DNA of 64,000 bases, taken from an archaeon (GTDB lineage Archaea > Nanobdellota > Nanobdellia > Pacearchaeales > GW2011-AR1). The notes below the pieces were generated by a model that was given only the letters and a program-made list of their open reading frames with translations, did no database searches and was not told the DNA's origin. This document shows, piece by piece, positions 45,301 through 54,108 of this stretch. The first letter of the stretch is position 1. The number at the start of each line of letters is the position of its first letter. Both the position numbers and the translations under genes were made by a program. The DNA lies in assembly GCA_030605415.1 (NCBI GenBank), contig JAUWIJ010000001.1, positions 568-64,567 of the forward strand, in the 5' to 3' direction.

Positions 45301-46380
45301 TTAACTTAAATCATCTAAGCCAAGTTCGTTGACGCTGATTTTTTCTTCGTTGTCGAAACTACTGGTATTTTTTCCTAAGATGTAAGGGGATTTTACTCCC
45401 GTCATAATTGTAATGACTCTTACTCTTCCCTGGAATTCTTTATTGACTCTTGCTCCGATGATAACCTGTGCTTCTGGTGACAAGTTTTCGGTTACGAGTC
45501 GTCCAATAGTGTCGAATTCTTCAAGTTTTAAATCAGGACCGCACGTAATGTGAATCAACGCTCCAGTCGCGCCCCTATAATCTACATCCAACAACGGATG
45601 CGTCAGAGCTTGCTGTACCGCTGCGTCTACCCGTGTGCTCGAATTATCTTCGCCGATACCAATCACTGCTACGTCGCCGTTTCTCATAATCGAAGATACG
45701 TCTGCATAGTCCAGATTAATTAATGACGGAAGAGTGATTGTCTCAACAATACCCTTAATCATTGTGGAAACCAACTCGTTCGCAACCGCAAAAGCTTGTT
45801 CCATTGGTAACTGACCAGCGATGTCGACTAACCGATTATTGTCTAATACAATTACCGTATCAACCGTTTCTCTCAATTCCTGAAGACCGAACTCCGCCTT
45901 ATCAATTCTTGCTTTTTCTGCCTCAAAAGGCATTGTAACTACCGCGATTACTACCGCGCCTGCTTCCTTAGCTAATTGAGCAACTACTGGAATGGACCCA
46001 GTTCCGGACCCGCCTCCCATACCAGCCAGAACAAAAACCATATCCGAATTCGAAACAGCTTTTTTCAAGTCAGTAAGAGATTCCTTAGCAGCCTCTCGTC
46101 CTTTTTTAGGGTATCCTCCGCATCCAAGACCTCGTGTCAATTCCTTACCTATAAGGATTTTTTCGTCAGTCTTTGTGATAGATAAATGAAGCGCGTCGGT
46201 ATTGATACCGTAAATTGTCGCACCACTAATACCTTTATTGAAAAGCCAGGTAGCCATATTACATCCACAACCACCCATTCCGAAAACTTTAATGTTAGCT
46301 TTTCCAGCTTTCAAATCGTCAAAATTAATGGAGTTCGCCTCCGCAGTTTGTATCGCTTCTTTTGCAAAATCTAATGGCAT
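45301..46380 (-). CDS. ftsZ: Cell division GTPase FtsZ
   Basis: Tubulin signature GMGGGSGTGSIPVVAQLAKE. N-terminal GMGGCGCN. Confidence 0.9.
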   Translation of the reverse strand: MPLDFAKEAIQTAEANSINFDDLKAGKANIKVFGMGGCGCNMATWLFNKGISGATIYGINTDALHLSITKTDEKILIGKELTRGLGCGGYPKKGREAAKESLTDLKKAVSNSDMVFVLAGMGGGSGTGSIPVVAQLAKEAGAVVIAVVTMPFEAEKARIDKAEFGLQELRETVDTVIVLDNNRLVDIAGQLPMEQAFAVANELVSTMIKGIVETITLPSLINLDYADVSSIMRNGDVAVIGIGEDNSSTRVDAAVQQALTHPLLDVDYRGATGALIHITCGPDLKLEEFDTIGRLVTENLSPEAQVIIGARVNKEFQGRVRVITIMTGVKSPYILGKNTSSFDNEEKISVNELGLDDLS

Positions 46381-46447
46381 ATTCTCTTTTTTAAACCTCC
46401 TTTCAATAAATTGACTGAATTTATTGGGTGAAGCACCTCTGGTGCTA

Positions 46448-46533
46448 CTTTCAAATCTTTCAGTATGACAAGATTTGCATGATGGACATTTGGTCTTTCT
46501 TTCAAATCTTTCAGTATGACAAGATTTGCATGA
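46448..46533. promoter_or_regulatory. Two tandem copies of a 36-bp palindromic element upstream of ftsZ
   Basis: ctttcaaatctttcagtatgacaagatttgcatgat at 46448-46483 and 46498-46533. Each contains inverted repeat CAAATCTT-N10-AAGATTTG. Flanked by ctttcaataaat at 46400 and 46550. Confidence 0.5.
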
Positions 46534-46625
46534 TAGTTTTCCAAACTTTCTTTCAATAAATGAAATGTATAATAATAAGGGGATATTTTTATTTAAAAAG
46601 ATATATGTGGTTGGAGGCGTTGTTA

Positions 46626-47864
46626 TCAGGGAGATATCCTGTTACTTTGCTTTGTTAGAACACTAAACGCCCATGGAATGTTGGCTGATTTTACATTAAG
46701 TTTCGTATCGCCTACGCCAGAATAGAATATGACAGTGTTTTTATCGGTTGGGTCTTTTAAAATTCCCATTGAAAACATTATATATTTTTTTTCATTCTTT
46801 CCAAATAGAGTATCTCCTTTTTCCATTGATGGTATTAGATAATTGTGTCTCTGTGCAGAAACTATTTGTCCGATTCGCGGGTCGTACTCAAATAATGAAC
46901 TTGTATAAAAAAATTTTGTAATATTATCTTCTTCTTTTCTTTCTACTCCGTGATAGTGTGCAATATATTTCCCGTTAATTAATATTGGAGGTCCTCCGAG
47001 TCCTATTTTTTCTGAGTTCCATGTTCCCGAGCCAGCTCTCAGCACTGTTGAGTAAGTTATGTTTTTAAGTTGGTTAGTCCAATATGTTTCTTCCAAAAAA
47101 TCTTCTATATTTTTTGCTTTTGCAATTTGAATATGCGGTTCAATTCGATGCCATAAATTCCATTCGTTTCTGCCGTAATTGAATTCAAGAGCGGCATCTT
47201 TGTCAGTTATAAGAAAATCCGAATCGGTTAAAAGCGGGTTTGATTTTAATTTTTCTGAGAGTCGTAATTTTGCGCAGTCTCGATATCCGAATTCTTCCGG
47301 AAGATATGCAATCGCTTTTTTGTAAGGAATTTGCGGTCCGATGATTCCAAAGGGAATTACTTTTTCGAAATTTTCGGTCAAATCTAATCTTATTCTTGGA
47401 TTTCTGCCATCAAATGCCACAGAAGTTAGTGCATAGATTTTCTCTTTTGTAAATTCGTTTCTGATTTTGTCTGGAAGTTTGTCTCGTGGGATTTGTGTTA
47501 TTCGTGTGTCTTCTATTCCATTTTGGGAGAATTTGTCGTCTTGTCCGAGGAGCATTTGTTTGTTGTAGTGTATTTTAAATGGGTCGTTTGGATCTATAAA
47601 CGCAAGATGTATTTCTGAAGATTCACCTCTTGTATTGTAGGCTTTTTTTATTACTCGGATTGTCATTGGATAACCGCAGATTTTTTTCTTTGTATCGATG
47701 TGAATTTCAGGATATACTGATGGGTTCAAAAATGCCAAAATCTCTGGATTGTTTTCGTCCGGACTTAAAAGGGTTTTTTCTTTGTCGATTATTGCTATCT
47801 CTAAACCAAGGATATTATCACTTTCCCTTACGCCATTAAATGGTTCAGCATAATCATCTTCCAT
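46626..47864 (-). CDS. Hypothetical beta-propeller glycosidase-like protein (GH130/DUF377-like?)
   Basis: Repeated E/D-x-R-I motifs (IEDTRITQI, YDPRIGQI). Weak. Confidence 0.3.
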   Translation of the reverse strand: MEDDYAEPFNGVRESDNILGLEIAIIDKEKTLLSPDENNPEILAFLNPSVYPEIHIDTKKKICGYPMTIRVIKKAYNTRGESSEIHLAFIDPNDPFKIHYNKQMLLGQDDKFSQNGIEDTRITQIPRDKLPDKIRNEFTKEKIYALTSVAFDGRNPRIRLDLTENFEKVIPFGIIGPQIPYKKAIAYLPEEFGYRDCAKLRLSEKLKSNPLLTDSDFLITDKDAALEFNYGRNEWNLWHRIEPHIQIAKAKNIEDFLEETYWTNQLKNITYSTVLRAGSGTWNSEKIGLGGPPILINGKYIAHYHGVERKEEDNITKFFYTSSLFEYDPRIGQIVSAQRHNYLIPSMEKGDTLFGKNEKKYIMFSMGILKDPTDKNTVIFYSGVGDTKLNVKSANIPWAFSVLTKQSNRISP

Positions 47865-47967
47865 AAAGCGGAGGAATTATTTTGGTTTTTAAGTCTTGTT
47901 ATTTTTGTGTTGAAATTTGTTGGTTTACTTATAAAGAGATGTATTTAGAAAGTGCTATTCACAAAAA

Positions 47968-48978
47968 TTATTCCGATATAAACTTCCTAATATTTTCTTT
48001 AAACTTCTCAATATCTTTTGTGAGAATCATTCCGCCTGCCGATGCTGGGTGTCCGCCAGCAGAACCATCCCCTAATCCTGCAACTCCCGCCCGTAGAAGT
48101 TCCGTCATATTTATTTTTTGAGAAGTATTTCTTGCGGATAGCCCGATGTGCTTGCCGTCACTTTTTGGAGTTGCAAAAATATATATTTGATTTTTATCCC
48201 GATAGCTAATTATTCCGCAGACCGGAGCTTTCACAGGAAAATGTGGTGCAAAATAATAAAAATCCACATCTCCCAATCTTTCTTTTTTGTCCTCATATTG
48301 CTCGACGAATTTTTGAACTTCTTTCTCAACCGATTCAGAGTATTTTTTCAACTTAGATATTTCTTCAATTGAATTAATTTGCCGTAAAATTTCGAAAGCC
48401 TTTTTAAAATCTTTATCAAAGTAGACCAAAAAGTTTGTGACAATACTTGTTGCATTTTGCTGAAACTCATCCAGTGTCATATTAAGTTTTTTTAAATGTT
48501 CGTCGATAAAGTCTTGATTTTCTGAATAAAGCTGCCCGGAATCAGTAACTGTTCCAATCAAAGCCAACCACGGTTTTAGCCCCGTTAATTCTCCTGCAGT
48601 TCGCGACGAAGGAATATATCCCTTACCTGTTGTCACTAACTCTAAAATTTCTTTTGGGATAGGAGTACCCCTCGGATGATGGTCAGAATATAAAACCTGC
48701 TTGTCTTTTATCAATTCAAATTCTTTCGCCATAAAATCTGGACCAAGGTCACAAACAATTATTTTGTTGAATTTTTCTAAATCAAAGTTTTTTAATTTTG
48801 ATTTACTGATAGAATAAGCAAAGTGCTCAGCTACCACCTCTTTATTTTTACACCAATCGTAATACAATATCCCAGCACAGAACCCATCCCCGTCATCGTG
48901 GTGAATAATCGCAACTTTGTCCTCGCTGATTATACTATCTAAAAATTCTTTTGCTTGACTAAATGTTATTTCTGGCAT
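47968..48978 (-). CDS. DHH-family phosphoesterase (NrnA/RecJ-like) with DHHA1
   Basis: HHDDGDG motif I. SDHHP motif III. C-terminal GGHPASAGG. Confidence 0.7.
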   Translation of the reverse strand: MPEITFSQAKEFLDSIISEDKVAIIHHDDGDGFCAGILYYDWCKNKEVVAEHFAYSISKSKLKNFDLEKFNKIIVCDLGPDFMAKEFELIKDKQVLYSDHHPRGTPIPKEILELVTTGKGYIPSSRTAGELTGLKPWLALIGTVTDSGQLYSENQDFIDEHLKKLNMTLDEFQQNATSIVTNFLVYFDKDFKKAFEILRQINSIEEISKLKKYSESVEKEVQKFVEQYEDKKERLGDVDFYYFAPHFPVKAPVCGIISYRDKNQIYIFATPKSDGKHIGLSARNTSQKINMTELLRAGVAGLGDGSAGGHPASAGGMILTKDIEKFKENIRKFISE

Positions 48979-49079
48979 TTTAGATTAGATGGTTTTGGGT
49001 TGATAAAGGTTGTTATTTGGTTTTTAACAGTTATGATGGAAGACATAAATGTTTTTATACAAAAAATAATTTCAATTGA

Positions 49080-49547
49080 ATGGCAAATGAAAAATTAGAA
49101 GTATTAATTGAGTTATTTAGTGCTATGGAAAACGCGTTTCTGACTCGGTGTTACGAAGTTTATGATTTAGACTTTGAGGAAACATTAAAAACAGCATTAA
49201 AATCTGCGGAGAATTCAGGATTAAAATGGGGCGATTTCTATGATTTGCATGAACGACAACTGGGAGGATATAAACAAAAACAACGTTGCGCACTAATATA
49301 CAACGGATTAGAAGCTCAGGCACTTGAAAAAGAGAGTAAGGGAGCAGCGAAAATTGGTTCACCATCTAATTATTTTGAATTAGGCGCAAGTATGATATTA
49401 GGAGATGCTTATAGTCAATTATATAAAAAACGAGTGACAGAGATAGAAAATATGCAGATAACTAAAAAGTTTCCGGAAAACAAATTGATTAATTCGAAAG
49501 ATTTTTCAAAAGCCGAATCTTATTTCAAAAACAATTTAACTAAATAG
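49080..49547 (+). CDS. Hypothetical protein
   Basis: ORF only. Confidence 0.25.
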   Translation: MANEKLEVLIELFSAMENAFLTRCYEVYDLDFEETLKTALKSAENSGLKWGDFYDLHERQLGGYKQKQRCALIYNGLEAQALEKESKGAAKIGSPSNYFELGASMILGDAYSQLYKKRVTEIENMQITKKFPENKLINSKDFSKAESYFKNNLTK

Positions 49548-49548
49548 T

Positions 49549-50973
49549 TCACTCAAAATCCTTCGCTAGTTTAAAAATTAATTCCTCTTGAAAATGTGGT
49601 GCCACAATTTGGAGTCCGACATCTTTGTTATCGAGTTTCCCTACTGGAATTGAGATTGCCGGGAGTCCTGCGATTGAAGCTGGCGTTGTGAAGACATCGT
49701 AAGCATACATATCTTTAACAGAGATTATCTCGCCAATTTTATGTGGAGTTCTCGGAACAGTTGGAAGAATTATAATATCGACCTCTTGGAAAATTTTTTC
49801 AAATTGTTGCTTGATAAAATTTCTTGCTTTTAGCGCCTCTCTATAATACTTCCCCTCGTGCTCGGCTTTCGTAATTTCGGAACCACCAATAATTCTTCTG
49901 ATGACTTCCGGACCCACAACTTCTTCAATTTTTTTTCCAAATCTTCGACCATCAAATTTTCGCGTTGCTGAGAAAAATTCGGTGTAAACAATTATATAAT
50001 AAGTTTGAATTGTAATATCTAACGGCAAATTTATTTTTTTAATTTTCCAATTATTTTGTTTTCCAATTTCTTTTGTTTTAGTTTCGATTAATTCTGCAAT
50101 TTCTTTCGGGCAAAAATCCTGAACATTCACCAATCCGATTACTCCCTTGTGCGGGTCTGAGGTCTGAGGTCTGAGTCGGCGTGCCCCAACCCATTTGAGT
50201 CTGCCCCAACCTGATTCTCTTTCATATTTGTGAGGGTATTCCCTTTTATCTGTGAGGGTATCTGAGGTCTGAGTCGTCTGGTCAAAGTTGTCTTGTCCTT
50301 TAATTATATTGAAAATTAATCTTGCGTCTTCCGGAGTTTGTGTTAACGGTCCGATGCAATCGAAAGACATTGTGTTATCTATTAGCCCGTATCGCGACAC
50401 CGCTCCATAAGTTGGTTTTAGTCCGACGATTCCGCAGTGCGATGCCGGATTTCGAATTGAACCACCAGTATCTGAACCTAACGAAAAATCGCAAAGTTCT
50501 GCAGCAACCGCCGCCGCTGAACCTGAGCTTGTCCCACCCGGAACTAATTCTGGATTTCTAGGATTTTTTGTTGGACCAAATGCCGACGTCTCTCCCGACG
50601 ACCCACAAGCGAACTCGTCCATGTTAACCATTCCTAAAATTATCGCATCCTCGGCTAAGAGTTTGTTTATTACCGTCGCATTATAAGGAGAAACATATCC
50701 TTCCAAAACTTTCGAGCCGCAATTTGTCTCAAGCTCTCTAACTGAAATATTTGATTTTACGGCGAAACATAAACCTGCTAGTTTTCCCGCCGTTCTCTTT
50801 TTTATTCGCTTATCTATTTCTTTTGCCTGCTCAATTGCGTTTTCATTCAAAGATAAAAAAATATTCAAGTCTTTTGTTTTTGGTGTTGCAATTTTTTTAG
50901 AAAAATTCATTAGGTTTTCAACTGCGGTTAGTTTTCCTGATTTGATTTGTTTGAGTTTATGTTTAAGTGTCAT
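49549..50973 (-). CDS. gatA: Glu/Asp-tRNA amidotransferase subunit A (amidase family) with in-frame repeat insertion
   Basis: Amidase signature GGTSSGSAAAVAA. A ~46-aa in-frame insert (…DTLTDKREYPHKYERESGWGRLKWVGARRLRPQTSDPHKG) is encoded by the family-C repeat at 50150-50290. Confidence 0.8.
   Translation of the reverse strand: MTLKHKLKQIKSGKLTAVENLMNFSKKIATPKTKDLNIFLSLNENAIEQAKEIDKRIKKRTAGKLAGLCFAVKSNISVRELETNCGSKVLEGYVSPYNATVINKLLAEDAIILGMVNMDEFACGSSGETSAFGPTKNPRNPELVPGGTSSGSAAAVAAELCDFSLGSDTGGSIRNPASHCGIVGLKPTYGAVSRYGLIDNTMSFDCIGPLTQTPEDARLIFNIIKGQDNFDQTTQTSDTLTDKREYPHKYERESGWGRLKWVGARRLRPQTSDPHKGVIGLVNVQDFCPKEIAELIETKTKEIGKQNNWKIKKINLPLDITIQTYYIIVYTEFFSATRKFDGRRFGKKIEEVVGPEVIRRIIGGSEITKAEHEGKYYREALKARNFIKQQFEKIFQEVDIIILPTVPRTPHKIGEIISVKDMYAYDVFTTPASIAGLPAISIPVGKLDNKDVGLQIVAPHFQEELIFKLAKDFE
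50150..50290. repeat. Family-C repeat (GGTCTGAG tandem + 'ccccaacc' + 'tgtgagggtat' duplications) inside gatA
   Basis: gggtctgaggtctgaggtctgag...ctgtgagggtatctgaggtctgag. In-frame within the amidase ORF. Confidence 0.75.
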
Positions 50974-51378
50974 TTAATATTCCTTCTCTATCAATGCTTT
51001 AACATTCGGAGAAACATTTCCCTTGCCCTGTTTAATTTCTTCTATACCAACCCATTTAATATCTTGACTAGGCGGTAAGGGCGTTATCTCCTCTTTGTTT
51101 TTTAGTTTAGCTAAATAATTAATCAAGATGATTGTCATCTTCTCTTTTGTCTTCGGGTTTTCATAAAGAATATGAGGCATTAGAGGGCGGATGATTTCGA
51201 CATCTGCATTAATTTCTTCCCTTGCTCTTCGCATACAACCATCTTCTAAACTTTCTCTTTCTTTTACCGTTCCTCCCGGAAGTTTGTAAAATGGATCTTT
51301 GTTATCTTTTACAACTAACAATTTGTTATCTTCAATAATTACAGGTCCTGATGCTACTATGAATTTCCCCTCAGGCAT
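50974..51378 (-). CDS. NUDIX hydrolase
   Basis: Nudix box GGTVKERESLEDGCMRRAREEINAD. Confidence 0.7.
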   Translation of the reverse strand: MPEGKFIVASGPVIIEDNKLLVVKDNKDPFYKLPGGTVKERESLEDGCMRRAREEINADVEIIRPLMPHILYENPKTKEKMTIILINYLAKLKNKEEITPLPPSQDIKWVGIEEIKQGKGNVSPNVKALIEKEY

Positions 51379-51379
51379 T

Positions 51380-51652
51380 TTATTTCTTCCAGCCTCCCTT
51401 TTCTGCTACAATTGAATCATCCTCGACAAATGGTGCATTAGATAGCGTTATACTTCGAAACTCCGAGTCAGTATTCCAACCATCGCCTTCTTCCCGTGTT
51501 CCAGAGACGTTTTCTTCCTGTTCTTTAATCAATGTCGAAGTCTTAATCTTAGACAACTCGGACGCAAACTCGTTTAAAAGATTCTTAGATTCCTTCCTGA
51601 TTTCTTCCTTTTCTTTCTCGCTAACTTCGTGCCAGAGTGAATTATTTGTCAT
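51380..51652 (-). CDS. gatC: Probable GatC subunit
   Basis: 90 aa. Position upstream of gatA in the same orientation. Size typical of GatC. No strong motif. Confidence 0.4.
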   Translation of the reverse strand: MTNNSLWHEVSEKEKEEIRKESKNLLNEFASELSKIKTSTLIKEQEENVSGTREEGDGWNTDSEFRSITLSNAPFVEDDSIVAEKGGWKK

Positions 51653-51700
51653 ATATATAGTTAGAGGGAGAGTTTATAAATTTGGGGTTATTATAATATC

Positions 51701-52048
51701 ATGGACGATTGTATTTTTTGTAAGATTGTGGCGGGGGAAATTCCGAGCGAGAAAGTTTTAGAAAGTGAAAATTTTATTGTGGTTAAAGATGCTTTTCCTA
51801 AACTTAACGGACATTCACTCGTAATTTCCAAAAAACATTATGATAGTTTTCTGGATATGCCATCGGAATTGTATGAAGAGTTATTGAAGACAAGTAAGGA
51901 GGCGACTTTAAAAATTGTTAAAGAAGTTGGAGCAGAGGGATTTAATCTTGTCGTAAATAACGGAAGAGTTGCCGGGCAAATTGTTCCACATGTTCACTGG
52001 CATATTTTACCAAGAAAAAAGGACGACGGTTTTGAGTTTGGGGTTTAA
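51701..52048 (+). CDS. HIT-family hydrolase
   Basis: CIFCKI N-terminus. HVHWHILPR histidine triad. Confidence 0.8.
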   Translation: MDDCIFCKIVAGEIPSEKVLESENFIVVKDAFPKLNGHSLVISKKHYDSFLDMPSELYEELLKTSKEATLKIVKEVGAEGFNLVVNNGRVAGQIVPHVHWHILPRKKDDGFEFGV

Positions 52049-53331
52049 GGAATAATTCTATCTCTATCTCTCGGAAACATACAAGCTTCCCGAATATTTG
52101 ATATATCTAAAAGAACTTGTGTAAATCTTTCTATGCCAATAGACCAGCCCGCGTGAGGCGGAGCACCAAATCTGAAACTATTAATGTAAGATTTAAAATC
52201 TTTTAGATTTAGCTTATTAGCTTTCAATCTTTTTTCTAACAACTCAGGAATATGAATCCTCTGTCCACCAGAGCTAATTTCCATCCCCTTGTAAATAGCA
52301 TCAAAACCTTCACTTAATTCCGCATCGGCTTTCTCATCTTTTGGCATAATATAAAATGGCTTCCCCGCCATTGGCCAATCGTAAACAAAAATAAGCGTAT
52401 CAGAATATAATTCACTAAGCTTCTTTTCAGCCTCGCCAGTCAAATCATCATCTCTAATTTTAATTTTGTTTTTATCCATCAAACTCTTTGCCTCCGCAAA
52501 AGTCAGATATTTAACTTTAGGAATTTTTAAGTTGACATTAAGTATTTCCAAATCTTCTTTATTCTTTTTAATGACCTGCTCAACAATATATTTAACGGAG
52601 TCCTCCATTTCTTTCATAACAATTTTAGAATCGGCAAACGCCATTTCGATATCCATCTGTCTGCACTCGTTGAGATGTCTGACCGTATTATGTTTTTCTG
52701 CTCTCCAAACTGGAGTAATTGTAACCATATTTTCCATCGAGCACGCAATCATTTGTTTATACAACTGAGGAGACTGTGCAAGAAAAACATCCTTTTCAAA
52801 ATATTTTGCTTTGAATAATTCTGTTCCGCCCTCGGAGCTGGAGCTAATTATTGAGGGAGGATGAGCATAAACAAAACCCTTGTTTGTAAAATATTCAATG
52901 AATGAACTTCCAACCGTGGACTGTATTTTGAAAATTGCCTGTGTTCTTTGAGAGTGTAAATCAACAGCCCGATTATCCAACCTCAAAGGCAGTTCCGTCT
53001 TTGAATAATCCGAAGTATCAATCGGCAACGGATTTATCGCTTCTGCAATTACCGTTATAGATTCTGGCAAAATTTCTTTCCCGCCGGGTGCCTGTTTGCA
53101 CTCTTTCAATTCTCCAATAACTTCCACAACCGACTCCCTGTTTAAATTATCTAACAACTCAAAAGTTTCGGGATTTGTTTTGCCATCAATTCCAGTTATC
53201 TGAATTCGCCCCGAAATATCTTTAAGAATCAAAAATCTCACTTTTTTCAAATCCCGAGTTTCATGCACCCATCCCTTAACCAAAACCTTCCCGCTTTTCT
53301 CAAACGAATCTTTAATCATTGTTCTTTCCAT
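52045..53331 (-). CDS. aspS: Aspartyl-tRNA synthetase (archaeal class IIb, probably non-discriminating)
   Basis: N-terminal OB fold. Motif 2 VWRAEKHNTVRHLNE. Motif 3 FGAPPHAGWSIGIER. The GatCAB genes nearby imply Asn-tRNA is made by transamidation. Confidence 0.7.
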   Translation of the reverse strand: MERTMIKDSFEKSGKVLVKGWVHETRDLKKVRFLILKDISGRIQITGIDGKTNPETFELLDNLNRESVVEVIGELKECKQAPGGKEILPESITVIAEAINPLPIDTSDYSKTELPLRLDNRAVDLHSQRTQAIFKIQSTVGSSFIEYFTNKGFVYAHPPSIISSSSEGGTELFKAKYFEKDVFLAQSPQLYKQMIACSMENMVTITPVWRAEKHNTVRHLNECRQMDIEMAFADSKIVMKEMEDSVKYIVEQVIKKNKEDLEILNVNLKIPKVKYLTFAEAKSLMDKNKIKIRDDDLTGEAEKKLSELYSDTLIFVYDWPMAGKPFYIMPKDEKADAELSEGFDAIYKGMEISSGGQRIHIPELLEKRLKANKLNLKDFKSYINSFRFGAPPHAGWSIGIERFTQVLLDISNIREACMFPRDRDRIIP

Positions 53332-54108
53332 ATTGGATGGAAGTTATGAGGTTTTTTAAGTTTGTTGGCTTGTTGTGGGATTTAATATATTGAAGTATAA
53401 CAATTTTTATAAAGTGAGTTTAGTTTTTTAAGAGATGGAAGATGCGGGAAATGAATGTTCTTCAGAGGAAAGAATTTTACGGAGAGTTGGATTCGATTTT
53501 ATGACTAATCGTCCAATGTATGGAGCATATAGCATTAAATCTTTTGATAAGGGCAGGTTGTGTTCTTTAGAAAGGATGTATAGGAAAACTAACAAGGAGA
53601 AATCTATTACGAGTTTTGGTAAGGTTTTTCCTAGATATGTAAATCATTATCGAGATTAATTAAAATCCTGAAGTTGATAAGCAAGTTTTTAAACTAAAAA
53701 GTTTTTGAGGTGTTATGGACGTTGATAATTTAGAGAACGCAATTAATTCCGCAAAAAATCCCGATGACAAAACCGTCGAAGAGAATAAAACTCCAGAGAT
53801 GTCGCAAGAGCAGGAAATCGGTTTTCATAAAGGAGCTTTGAATACGTTGGTTGCCGAGAGGACGGAGCTGGTTAAAATGGTTGGAAATATCGAAGCAATA
53901 ATGCAGGCACATATTAAAAGATTAAAAGAGTTGGGAGTTGATATCAAATAATGGAAGTGCGAAAAAGGAGTTTAATTCTCGCCGGAATTGGTGCTGCCAT
54001 TGGTGGTGCTTTGGGTGCAGTTTGCGGTTCAAATAGCTGGGTTGTCGTCGCTGTTGTTTCCGCCGTGTTTGCTATCTTAACAGTTTGGGGATTAGAAGGG
54101 ACGATTAA

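Noticed and set aside
46383-46560. Possible CRISPR array (regular repeats with spacers).
   Set aside because: There are only two repeat copies. The 'spacer' is 14-16 bp and is flanked by further shared boxes. No cas genes are present. The repeat is a dyad-symmetric promoter-proximal element, not a CRISPR repeat. Likewise the tRNA-Asn 3'-fragment array (43666-44215) has tRNA-derived repeats and duplicated spacers, inconsistent with CRISPR.
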